Source: Blastocatellia bacterium
GTDB taxonomy: Bacteria; Acidobacteriota; Blastocatellia; HR10; J050
Direction of reading: 5' to 3'
DNA: 64,000 bases
NCBI GenBank assembly: GCA_026985075.1
Contig: JALSQX010000071.1
Span: 10,601-74,600 of the forward strand
Part shown: piece after piece, positions 29,096 through 37,774 of the stretch
Layout: each line of letters begins with the position of its first letter
How positions within the stretch are numbered: position 1 is the first letter of the stretch
Program-made: the position numbers and the translations under genes
The notes under the pieces: generated by a model
Seen by the model: the letters and a program-made list of their open reading frames with translations, nothing else
What the model was told of the DNA's origin: nothing
Databases searched by the model: none

Positions 29096-31108
29096 TCACT
29101 TCAAGTATTCCAGTCGGGTGATTTTCATTTCCACCCGCGCCGGTTGGCCGGGCATCGTGGAGAGATGGAGCCTGCCTTTCGGCACCCAGTAGGGACCTTT
29201 CTTCACATACTCATCGACGAACTCGTCCTTGCCGACGACTTGCTTGGTCCCTTTCTTATAGTACGTCACGCCGTACTCGGTGGCGATATACCGCCCATCC
29301 TCCACTAGGAAGCTTTTCTTGTTGTGGATGGTGAAATCGAACCGGCCAATATTCCGACTGAGGTATTTTATCATCTTATCAGCGACGATGTAGCTGGAAC
29401 CCATCGCGTCGCCCTCAACATAAATCTCTTGCCCTTCTGGCCGTTTCTTGCCCAGCTTGAATTTCGCCTTGTCCGGGCCATACCAGTCATCGAACGGCTT
29501 ACGGGGCTGACGATGGGTCACAAACTGGCTCCATTCGGTGTGGGCAAGCACCCGGGCTTTGGGATCGGGAAGGTCGACCGTGATCTTCAAGTTCGGATCA
29601 CACCGCATGTGACCCTGGAGAGGTTCTCCTCCCTCGATGCTGATCGTAAAATCGGCTTCGAAGCCGCGGAATCCCAGGTCCTTGTCCCATACGTACCGGT
29701 TCAAGCTCGCTTCCTTGAAAATGCGGCGGGCCTCCGGATCTTCTTCAGCCGCGCGCAATTCGGCGACCATCCGATCCCACAGGTCAGCCGCCTCCTTGGC
29801 CGAGGCGACGCGATGACCGTTAATCAGCGCCTCCTTCAACTCTCCATGGGAAGCGATGGCCAGCTGACGCGTCCGCTTGTTGAAGTTCTCATAATCATAG
29901 GCCACAATACCCACGCCGCGGGCCATATAATAGGTGCTGCGGACGGAGTTCGTCCCCGTCTCCCAGTTGACACATACGCGGAGGCACTTTTCGAATCGCC
30001 CCATCGGCGTCGTCACCGGCTGAAACCCATCCAAGATGGTCGTGAAGTGAACGAAGTACTTCCCGAGATCCTGGCTATACTTGTACTCGCGGCCCAACAC
30101 CAAGTCATCTCGACCGAGTAACATTGGCGGATCGTAGTTGAACTCAACGCCCTGAGCCCGCATACCTCGTTCGTGCGAAGAGACAATGCGCAGCCCAGTT
30201 CGTCGATCGAGCATGTAGTATTGGTACTCCTCACCGGTATCGTCGACGAGCTTGAACGCCGCACCAGCGTCGAAGAATTTCGTCCCTTCAAAGCGCCGGG
30301 TCCGCTCAAACCGCTTCACGGTCCCATTGGGAAGGCGGAATTCCCAATCATAGGTCCATTTATCGCCCTGGTGGAATGGGAAATACTCCGCAATCTTCAC
30401 CGTCTGAGCCGCATCGCCGCCAATCTTTTTTCCACCCACTGTTCCATGGAGCAGTTCTCGCTCGACGCGAAGCGTCTGGTTGGCGATGGGAGAGTAGATC
30501 TCATGAATCTCTTTGACCACGCCCACTCCCTTAGCCAAAAACGACGTGATCGAATGCGTCGTCCCGGACGGCCGTTCGAATCGAAATGTCGCCTTCAGGC
30601 AATCCTTGAATGCGCCCGCCGGGACTTCCACGCTCTCGAATCCGTAGTACGCCGCTTCGGAGAAGACCGGCTTGCCTTTCGAGGGAGCATGAGGAACGCG
30701 ATACACCTTCCCCGGCTCATATGTCACATTGAGAAAAGTGAAGGGCGGGTTATAGGTTACATCCCCATAGCCCGCATTGTGTCCATAAATGACCAGACGC
30801 TGTTGATCAACCGACACCAGGTAGTAGGCGCCCGTGTCATCAACGAGCTTCTTAGCCCTGATCCGTCCATCGAGCCGAGCTTCCCCTTTGACCGTCTGCG
30901 TCCGCAAGCGATAGAATACCCGGCCATCAGCCCGGAACTCCTTTTCCTGGTACGTCCAACTATTCTTTTCCTGCAATGGATAATAATCAGCCACATCCAC
31001 TTCGGGCTGATTCCCATCGGTCCACTGAGCCGCAAATGCCGGCGTGCCAGCACACACCACCAGCACCAGCGTGAACAGCGTGAATCTGAAGTTGTGTCTC
31101 GTCGTCAT
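29096..31108 (-). CDS. Secreted protein with duplicated N-terminal domain plus DUF3386-like domain (paralog of 22215-23621)
   Basis: Two YxPxxxxxxWTY...xPxGxFxxCL...xAxGVGxV repeats; ARRIFKEASLNRYVW..GFRGF. Confidence 0.7.
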   Translation of the reverse strand: MTTRHNFRFTLFTLVLVVCAGTPAFAAQWTDGNQPEVDVADYYPLQEKNSWTYQEKEFRADGRVFYRLRTQTVKGEARLDGRIRAKKLVDDTGAYYLVSVDQQRLVIYGHNAGYGDVTYNPPFTFLNVTYEPGKVYRVPHAPSKGKPVFSEAAYYGFESVEVPAGAFKDCLKATFRFERPSGTTHSITSFLAKGVGVVKEIHEIYSPIANQTLRVERELLHGTVGGKKIGGDAAQTVKIAEYFPFHQGDKWTYDWEFRLPNGTVKRFERTRRFEGTKFFDAGAAFKLVDDTGEEYQYYMLDRRTGLRIVSSHERGMRAQGVEFNYDPPMLLGRDDLVLGREYKYSQDLGKYFVHFTTILDGFQPVTTPMGRFEKCLRVCVNWETGTNSVRSTYYMARGVGIVAYDYENFNKRTRQLAIASHGELKEALINGHRVASAKEAADLWDRMVAELRAAEEDPEARRIFKEASLNRYVWDKDLGFRGFEADFTISIEGGEPLQGHMRCDPNLKITVDLPDPKARVLAHTEWSQFVTHRQPRKPFDDWYGPDKAKFKLGKKRPEGQEIYVEGDAMGSSYIVADKMIKYLSRNIGRFDFTIHNKKSFLVEDGRYIATEYGVTYYKKGTKQVVGKDEFVDEYVKKGPYWVPKGRLHLSTMPGQPARVEMKITRLEYLK

Positions 31109-31343
31109 AGGCCCCTCCACAAAGTGGATTAAAAACCTTCGCCGAGCCCATCCCCATTCAGGGATGCCAGCAGGAGGTCGAGCATTACGTCTTTCTGAGG
31201 ACAGAGTGGACCCTCCCCTCTCTTTCCCTTCCACATCATTACACCGCGAGAGGAAGGAGCGATCCGCTTATCCCTTCGTGCGTCCGAATTCATCGTTTTC
31301 AACTCTCGTCCTTCGTTCAGCAACTGGTTCACCACCGAACCAG

Positions 31344-31381
31344 TTGTTCTATTTTTATAACAATAATAGATTTTTTGTCAA
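31344..31381 (-). promoter_or_regulatory. sigma70 promoter with TTGTTATAA-containing imperfect palindrome
   Basis: TTGACA-16-TATAAA with extended TG; TTGTT-N10-AACAA; shares TTGTTATAA with the 26544 site. Confidence 0.6.
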
Positions 31382-31660
31382 GCAAAAAGTTTCTCGGAGG
31401 TCGCCGGGCGACCTCTCTCCAGTCACAGCCAAACACAGCATGGTCAGAAGATCGTGGGGTTACCCCAGGCGAGGATGAAGCCCCTCATTCGGTTCGAATG
31501 AGTAGGGCCGACAGGCATAAGGAGGAGGGCGCGAGTGTGAATGTAACTTCTTCTGAAACAAAGAGAACCGGAGACATCACCGTGAGCAGAACCGCACCTG
31601 TGTCGGCCCAGAGTGAAGGATCCTTCCTCCCCAAGCTCACAGCACTGCGGATTGACGGTT

Positions 31661-31830
31661 AAAAAAGGTAGACTTCTCCCTCACAGGGCCTTTGGCGTCT
31701 CTCCTAACCAATGATACTAATTTTCTGAGTGGACCGAGACCGCCGTACCACTAGGTGTGTGGGAATGAGGCGTGACTTCGCTCCTCATTTGAACTCGCAG
31801 GTCACCCTGCAACTCCAAGCCAGGAGCTGC
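31661..31830 (-). ncRNA. Unassigned structured RNA candidate
   Basis: Nested helices with two GUGA (GNRA) loops, enclosing stem CTCCTGGC/GTTAGGAG, 3' three-way junction and U6 tail; no ORF. Confidence 0.6.
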
Positions 31831-31843
31831 TTCTAAGAACCAA

Positions 31844-32680
31844 TCAAGCGGTCTTACGCTTCAGGCCTTGCTGGCGCGTCGAGATCCTGCGCCCTCGTCT
31901 GCGGCTCGCCGCTGCATGAGTGTCCTTCGCATTACCCACTCTGGGAACCAGTAAGTAGCCAAATCCCCGCCGTCTCAATTCCCTGAACAGAGCAGGGAGG
32001 TTCTTGTAGCCAAGCTTTTGACCAAGCTTCCACGCGCTCAGTGAAGGATTTCGATTGTAGAGCTTGATGGCCTCAATGATTCGTTCGCTCCGAAAGTGAC
32101 CAAAGTGTGGCGGCACGAGATCCCTGGCCCGGAGCTTGTTCAGGTGCCAATATACCTTCCAGGTCGGAATACCAAGCGTCCGCGCGATGTTCCGCGTGGT
32201 CATGAGAGGTTGTCGAGCCGCCAGTTTTCTCATCTGCTGGCAGATACTGCACCGCTCAATCCAATGTCCAAGCGTCGGCTTTCGACGAGCAACTTCGAGA
32301 CCCTTCTCTCGAGCCTCCTTCAGAATCTGGTGAACTCGCTGTCGCGTCAACCCGAACTTCCGACCGATCTCCTCGAGCGTTGGTGCCCGCTCAGAATTGT
32401 ACATCTGCACGATCTTGATCATGCGCTGGTCCACGTCTTTGATTGAAGCCAGCTTCTTTTCGATCTGCCTGATCTCGGGAAGCGAGCGTCTCCGTTTGAC
32501 CTCATCGTAGCTCATTCCGAATGCTTTCGTTGCGTTAATCACCGTAGCTGGAGAGACGCCAAAGTGCCTGGCCACAGAGACAAGTCCTTCCTTCTTGCCC
32601 TGGGCGTACTTGATAATTTCTATGTACCTCTTGACCGTTTGTGGTCGTCGAGGCAACTTCAGGATTTTTGCTGTACCCAT
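31844..32680 (-). CDS. Basic multi-HTH DNA-binding protein with sigma70 region-4-like HTH
   Basis: SVARHFGVSPATV, TLEEIGRKFGLTRQRVHQI, NIARTLGIPTWKV, KLGQKLGY; CxxC. Confidence 0.75.
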   Translation of the reverse strand: MGTAKILKLPRRPQTVKRYIEIIKYAQGKKEGLVSVARHFGVSPATVINATKAFGMSYDEVKRRRSLPEIRQIEKKLASIKDVDQRMIKIVQMYNSERAPTLEEIGRKFGLTRQRVHQILKEAREKGLEVARRKPTLGHWIERCSICQQMRKLAARQPLMTTRNIARTLGIPTWKVYWHLNKLRARDLVPPHFGHFRSERIIEAIKLYNRNPSLSAWKLGQKLGYKNLPALFRELRRRGFGYLLVPRVGNAKDTHAAASRRRGRRISTRQQGLKRKTA

Positions 32681-32780
32681 AGTTTTCTTATCGTGACCTC
32701 AAAGTTAAGTTTACACTACTTTGATGCTAAATGCCCAGATGAAGTTTACTACCGGCGTCAATCGTCTTCTGCTGGGACGC

Positions 32781-33626
32781 TCACCGACTCTCGTTGGCGC
32801 TCCGCTCCCAGGAATGATCCAAGACCGGATGGCCCAGTCCCACCCGGTAAGATCGCCTAATTGCCTCAGTAATATAACTCTTGGCCCGGGACACTGCATC
32901 GACGAGACTGTGTCCTTGTGCTAACCCAGCCGCTATGCCCGAGGCAAAAGCGCACCCAGTCCCGTGAACGCCAGTAGGGGTGGCGATTCGCTCAGAGGAG
33001 AACTCGTGGAACTTGTTTCCTATCAGTAGGATATCGACAGCCGTACGGCCCACCCTCAGGTGGCCGCCTTTGATGAGAACGGCCTCGGCGCCCATTTGCT
33101 GAATGACTCGGGCAGCTTTCTTCATCTCCTCCTCGGACTCGATTCGTAATCCAGTGAGTCGTTCCGCTTCCGGGATATTCGGGGTGACCACTGTAGCCTG
33201 AGGAATGATCTTCTCCATCAGGGCTCGCTCCGCCTCGGGGGCCATCAGGGGATCACCTGACTTGGCTCGCATAACTGGATCAACGACCAATGGCCGGAGA
33301 TGGTATGTCTCCAATGCCCTGGCCACCGCCTCGATGATTTCCCGGCTTGACAGCATTCCCGTTTTCACCGCGCGGATCTCGATATCTTCGACAACTGCCC
33401 GCAGTTGTTGGATGACGAGTTCGGCAGGGAGATCAAACACATGGCGTACTCCCCGGGTATTCTGCGCTGTGATGGAAGTCACTACCGAGAGACCATAGAC
33501 CCGAAATGCCTCCAAGGTCTTGAGATCACCCTGAATACCCGCCCCTCCACCAGAATCTGAGCCAGCAATGGTGAGCACGGCCGGCCTGGCCACCCGATCC
33601 CTTGTTGAATGCCTTGGACCGCTCAC
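32781..33626 (-). CDS. thiD: Hydroxymethylpyrimidine/phosphomethylpyrimidine kinase
   Basis: LTIAGSDSGGGAGIQGDLKT, VKTGML, VVDPVM, TPNIPEA, HGTGC; start uncertain. Confidence 0.95.
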   Translation of the reverse strand: MSGPRHSTRDRVARPAVLTIAGSDSGGGAGIQGDLKTLEAFRVYGLSVVTSITAQNTRGVRHVFDLPAELVIQQLRAVVEDIEIRAVKTGMLSSREIIEAVARALETYHLRPLVVDPVMRAKSGDPLMAPEAERALMEKIIPQATVVTPNIPEAERLTGLRIESEEEMKKAARVIQQMGAEAVLIKGGHLRVGRTAVDILLIGNKFHEFSSERIATPTGVHGTGCAFASGIAAGLAQGHSLVDAVSRAKSYITEAIRRSYRVGLGHPVLDHSWERSANESR

Positions 33627-33631
33627 CACTT

Positions 33632-35317
33632 CTACATCCTCACCCAATCAGGCCCACCGCCTCCCTCGGGGGGGACCCAATCAATGATCTGATAGGGATC
33701 CATGATATCGCAGGTCTTGCAGTGAACACAGTTTGAGGCATTGATCTGCAGCGCCTTCTGGCCATCCCCGGTTTCGACCATCTCGTACACGTTGGCCGGA
33801 CAAAAGTACTGGCAGGGGTTCCCATACTCGATCGTGCATCGTTCCGTACAAATATTGAGGTCGCGCACCCGCAAATGGCAGGGCTGATCCTCCTCATGGG
33901 CCGTCCGGGAGTAATAGACATCCGTGAGTTTGTCGAACGTCACTCGTCCATCGACGACGACATCCTCGTCCGGCTGTTTCGATGGCGCGAGGACGCGTCG
34001 TCCATCACTGAGCTTCTTCATCATCGTGTGGCCCGGGTGACTCGGCATGGGGTCTTTCAATCCCCTTCCCCCGGTCAACATCTGTATGGCCGCATTCACC
34101 ATCCCGAAAAGGAAACCCCGCTCGAAGCTTTGATGAAAATTCCGCGCCTTATAGAGTTCAGTTTCTACCCAACTCTCCCGCAGGAGCCTCTCGTAGTGGC
34201 TGAGCTGGTTGGCTGAATAGTCGCCCTTGAGCAGGGCCTGAAAGATGGCCTCAGCGGCCAACATCCCCGATTTCATGGCTAGGTGAATTCCCTTCAATCG
34301 CATCGAATTGAGGAATCCGCCCGAATCTCCAATAATCACCGCACCATCCACATAAGGCCTTGGAATCGCATAGTATCCTCCCTCAGGAAGGCACTTGGCG
34401 CCATAGCGAATGAGCTGACCGCCCTCCAGGAGGCGGTAAATCGCCGGGTGGGCTTTGAATCGTTGAAATTCCCGATGGGCATCGAGTGTGGGGTCCCGAT
34501 AGCTCAACCCCACCACCAGCCCGACACTCAGTAACGTCTCCGATAGCGCGTAAATGAATCCTCCCCCAAAGGCTCGGCCATCCAGGGGGTACCCCATGGT
34601 ATGGATGACCGTGCCTGATCCCAATCTTCCTGGAGGCACTTCCCACAATTCCTTTATGCCAACCGAATAGAGTTGGGGATTCTTCCCTCGATCCAGATGG
34701 AATTTCTCGATCAACGTCTTGGTCAGTGAGCCCCGAACCCCTTCCCCCAGAACAACGACCTTACTCCGAATGTCCACGCCCGGCTCGTAATTCGGCTTCG
34801 GATGTCCATGTCGGTCGAGGCCTCTATCCCCGGTCCGGACGCCGACGACCCGCCCATTGTCATAGAGAAGTTCTGCTCCGGGAAACTCAGGGAAAATATC
34901 GATCCCTGCCGCTTCCGCCTGAGTCGCCAGCCATTTCACAAACTGCCCCAGCGAAATGATGTAATGACCATGATTGCTGAGCGGCGGCGGGATGATCGGC
35001 GACGCCAGTCGGCGCTTTCTGGTCAGAAACCATACCCGATCTTCTGTAACGTTCACCCGAACTGGAGCTCCTCTTTGTTGCCAATCGGGCAGGAGCTCGG
35101 TCAATGCTCGGGGATCGAGGATAGCCCCCGATAGGGTGTGGGCCCCTACTTCTTTCCCTTTCTCAATGATAGCAATCTCGACATGGAGAGGAGACTGGTT
35201 CGTCGTGCGATTGTGCGATTCGATGAGATGAGCCAGATGCAGAGCCCCGCTCAGACTCGCCGGCCCTGCCCCCACGAACAGGACGTCAATATCCAGTGTC
35301 TCTCGCTCTACTGCCAT
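33632..35317 (-). CDS. Electron-transfer flavoprotein:quinone oxidoreductase
   Basis: GAGPA, EKGKEVGAHTLSGA, KGIHLAMKSG, HEEDQPCHL, CPANVYE, NCVHCKTCDI, WVPPEGGGGP. Confidence 0.95.
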   Translation of the reverse strand: MAVERETLDIDVLFVGAGPASLSGALHLAHLIESHNRTTNQSPLHVEIAIIEKGKEVGAHTLSGAILDPRALTELLPDWQQRGAPVRVNVTEDRVWFLTRKRRLASPIIPPPLSNHGHYIISLGQFVKWLATQAEAAGIDIFPEFPGAELLYDNGRVVGVRTGDRGLDRHGHPKPNYEPGVDIRSKVVVLGEGVRGSLTKTLIEKFHLDRGKNPQLYSVGIKELWEVPPGRLGSGTVIHTMGYPLDGRAFGGGFIYALSETLLSVGLVVGLSYRDPTLDAHREFQRFKAHPAIYRLLEGGQLIRYGAKCLPEGGYYAIPRPYVDGAVIIGDSGGFLNSMRLKGIHLAMKSGMLAAEAIFQALLKGDYSANQLSHYERLLRESWVETELYKARNFHQSFERGFLFGMVNAAIQMLTGGRGLKDPMPSHPGHTMMKKLSDGRRVLAPSKQPDEDVVVDGRVTFDKLTDVYYSRTAHEEDQPCHLRVRDLNICTERCTIEYGNPCQYFCPANVYEMVETGDGQKALQINASNCVHCKTCDIMDPYQIIDWVPPEGGGGPDWVRM

Positions 35318-35449
35318 ATGGATCCCCCGGTGTCAAGAGCTTGCTATGTTAACACATAACTTCCTCAAACCGAAAGCGTTTCAACTCCAGGGACACTGCT
35401 CCCCCTCTCGTCTTCGTCGCCGGTTGATACACGCCTGATCAACTTTCTC

Positions 35450-35489
35450 TTGACTTTGTTCCCCCAATTTCATAAACTGGGGAAGTCAA
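35450..35489 (+). promoter_or_regulatory. sigma70 promoter embedded in an inverted repeat (probable autoregulatory operator)
   Basis: TTGACT-17-TAAACT; arms TTGACTT..CCCC / GGGG-AAGTCAA. Confidence 0.7.
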
Positions 35490-35517
35490 AAACGGTCAAT
35501 GGAGGTTGCCACTGGAT

Positions 35518-35715
35518 ATGTTGGCGAATGATGAGGTCCTGACGTCAAAAGAGGTGATGGCGTATCTGCGAATCAGCAAGCCTACTCTGTATCGGATGAT
35601 CCGACTCGGTGATCTGAGAGCCGTGAAGATTGGAAAAAACTATCGTTTCTTGAAAAAAGACGTCGAACGCCTTCTGCGGGCAGACTCCGAATCGGTCAAT
35701 GTGAGGAGTAAATGA
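35518..35715 (+). CDS. Small HTH_17/excisionase-like DNA-binding protein
   Basis: LTSKEVMAYLRISKPTLYRMIRLGDLRAVKIGKNYRF. Confidence 0.9.
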   Translation: MLANDEVLTSKEVMAYLRISKPTLYRMIRLGDLRAVKIGKNYRFLKKDVERLLRADSESVNVRSK

Positions 35716-35718
35716 GCT

Positions 35719-36492
35719 ATGGCCAATGTCATTGCTGTGGCAAACCAGAAAGGAGGAGTAGGAAAGACCACCGTCGCCGTTAATCTGGCCATTGCCGCCG
35801 CACGAAATGGGTTGCAGACGCTCCTTGTCGACGCCGATTCCCAAGCCAATGCCACGAGCACGTTCTTTCCCAAGGAGGGGATCGGTCAATCACTGTATAA
35901 CGTTTTAGAGGAAGGACTTTCGGCTAAGCGGGTCATCCTCCAGACCAACATCATCAACCTTGATTTACTCCCCTCCACCATTCAACTGGCTCGCGAGGAG
36001 ACGAACTTCAATCCGGATACCTTCTTCAGACTGGAGGACGCCCTGCTCGGCTTGGATTACGATCTCATTTTCATCGATGCCCCTCCGAGTCTGGGCGTTT
36101 GCTTCACCCAAGCGTTAGTGGCCGCCGATTACCTCCTCATTGTCACTGTGGCTGGAAAGTTTGCAGCCGAGGGCATTGAAGACCTCAACGATTCCTATGA
36201 ACGCATCAAACGCCGGTTCAACCACAATCTTCAACTTCTGGGATGTGTCCTCAATAAGTTTGATGGGCGGGTGACGGGACACAAGGAGTCCAAGATGTGG
36301 TTGCGCGGCGTATTCGGCAAAAAGGCGTTCAACACAATCATTCCAACACATGCTGCCCTTGAGACAAGCCCTATTGCCGTTCCGGGGACCAAGAGCGATA
36401 TCGCTTTTCAGCAATTGTTCGAAGAAATCGCCCCTCGAATTGGCATCCCATTGGAAGGCAAGGAGGAGATCAGTGGCGAAAAGGAAAAATAA
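35719..36492 (+). CDS. ParA/Soj-family ATPase
   Basis: NQKGGVGKTT, VDADSQANAT, IDAPPSLG, ALVAAD. Confidence 0.93.
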   Translation: MANVIAVANQKGGVGKTTVAVNLAIAAARNGLQTLLVDADSQANATSTFFPKEGIGQSLYNVLEEGLSAKRVILQTNIINLDLLPSTIQLAREETNFNPDTFFRLEDALLGLDYDLIFIDAPPSLGVCFTQALVAADYLLIVTVAGKFAAEGIEDLNDSYERIKRRFNHNLQLLGCVLNKFDGRVTGHKESKMWLRGVFGKKAFNTIIPTHAALETSPIAVPGTKSDIAFQQLFEEIAPRIGIPLEGKEEISGEKEK

Positions 36493-37630
36493 GTTACCCT
36501 TACGCGAGGGAACCAAACTCTCCCCACTGACTGAAGAGGAGCGTCTCGCCAGACGAGCCCGGGGGCATCCACTGGATGCTTTTCCCATCCAGCCACGAAT
36601 GTCTCAATGGCGGGAGGTTGATCCCGGTGAGAGCGCGGCGACCGCTGTCCCGGAAAAGGTTATTGAACGTTCAGTTGAACGTTCAATTGAACGTTCAGCG
36701 AAACGTTCAATTGAACGTTCACTCTCATCCGTAGACGATAGACAAATAAAAGAGGCCTACGTCGCTCTGGACGCCACCCATACGGCATCAGAAGCCAAGA
36801 TCTATGGCTACCTCTATCGACTCTCCATTGCCAAAGGCCAGTCGACGTGCCGCGCTTCTCTGGCCGATTTCCAGAACCGCCTTGGCCTCGCTAAGAACAC
36901 TATTATCAGGGCGTTGCGTGGACTAGCTGAGAAACTCTCCATCGATGTCATCGAGCGCCGCCCAGGTTCTCGCATTGGCTCACTTTACCGGGTGTACAAC
37001 GTTAAGGAGATCCTGAGCCGGCGCAAAGAGGCTGGAATCGAGATCGATGAGCTCAAGCGAATCGTCAGAAAAGGTTCAATTAAACGTTCAGTTGAACGTT
37101 CAATTGAACGTTCGAAAATTGAACGTTCAATGGTTCAAAAATTGAACGTTCAATTGAACGTTCAAGATGAACATAAATCACAAAATAACAGTGACTTAGA
37201 GCTAAAGGTTCAAACGCCTAAGAATTTATATTTAAGAAATGACGATGATGTTGACACATCATCGTCATATAGCGACGATGACGATGATGCTCAAACCCGC
37301 ATCCGTCAGATCTACTGCCATCTCACGGGAAATCCCTGGCGATCCTCTGATTCCAACGCGGCTCAGGAGATTATCCACATTCCGATCGCTCACATCATCC
37401 TTGGCATTTGCTACTCGCTGGACCGCGCAACAAGCCACCGGGTGGGCAGTCTCAAATATTGCGTGCCGTCAATCCTGGACCATTATGAGGCGATGAAGGC
37501 CTTTCCACAAAAAGAGCTGACGGAAATTGCCTATACCCACATGTTGAGAGTCAAACAGGCGCAAAAAACCGGGAACTGGGAACCAGGCAAGCGTTCTCAC
37601 AAGCCCAGAGTGGAGAGCAAAGATCAATGA
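36473..37630 (+). CDS. Putative replication initiator (wHTH) with internal iteron-like repeats
   Basis: GTG start with AGGAGG RBS; SEAKIYGYLY...SLADFQNRLGLAKNTIIRALRGL HTH; acidic linker; C-terminal SLKYCVPSI. Confidence 0.65.
   Translation: MAKRKNKLPLREGTKLSPLTEEERLARRARGHPLDAFPIQPRMSQWREVDPGESAATAVPEKVIERSVERSIERSAKRSIERSLSSVDDRQIKEAYVALDATHTASEAKIYGYLYRLSIAKGQSTCRASLADFQNRLGLAKNTIIRALRGLAEKLSIDVIERRPGSRIGSLYRVYNVKEILSRRKEAGIEIDELKRIVRKGSIKRSVERSIERSKIERSMVQKLNVQLNVQDEHKSQNNSDLELKVQTPKNLYLRNDDDVDTSSSYSDDDDDAQTRIRQIYCHLTGNPWRSSDSNAAQEIIHIPIAHIILGICYSLDRATSHRVGSLKYCVPSILDHYEAMKAFPQKELTEIAYTHMLRVKQAQKTGNWEPGKRSHKPRVESKDQ
36663..36722. repeat. Tandem array of five 12-bp palindromes (TTGAACGTTCAA consensus)
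   Basis: ttgaacgttcag ttgaacgttcaa ttgaacgttcag cgaaacgttcaa ttgaacgttcac. Confidence 0.95.
37071..37165. repeat. Second array of six full plus partial TTGAACGTTCAA palindromes, followed by an AT-rich tract
   Basis: Units at 37080, 37092, 37104, 37119, 37142 and 37154; AT-rich 37166-37240. Confidence 0.95.
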
Positions 37631-37774
37631 TTGGAGCCCCCAACCAAGAAAACCCTGCTTCAGGAACTGATGTGGCCCATCATCTGTCACAGAACTCAAC
37701 CGAGACCACACCACGAAAAAGAGGCCTTGGGCGTATCCTAACCCCATGGAGCGTGTAATGAGGAGAGAGCCATC

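Noticed and set aside
31661-31830. Assignment as 6S RNA, 5S rRNA or glycine riboswitch
   Set aside because: Branched rather than rod-like and lacks the diagnostic conserved sequences; kept as unassigned RNA
36663-37165. Tandem repeats as a CRISPR array
   Set aside because: Units are 12 bp, mostly abutting with no unique spacers, inside an ORF, and there are no cas genes
35518-37630. Prophage or ICE
   Set aside because: Excisionase-like HTH is present, but no integrase, structural or conjugation genes or att repeats are visible
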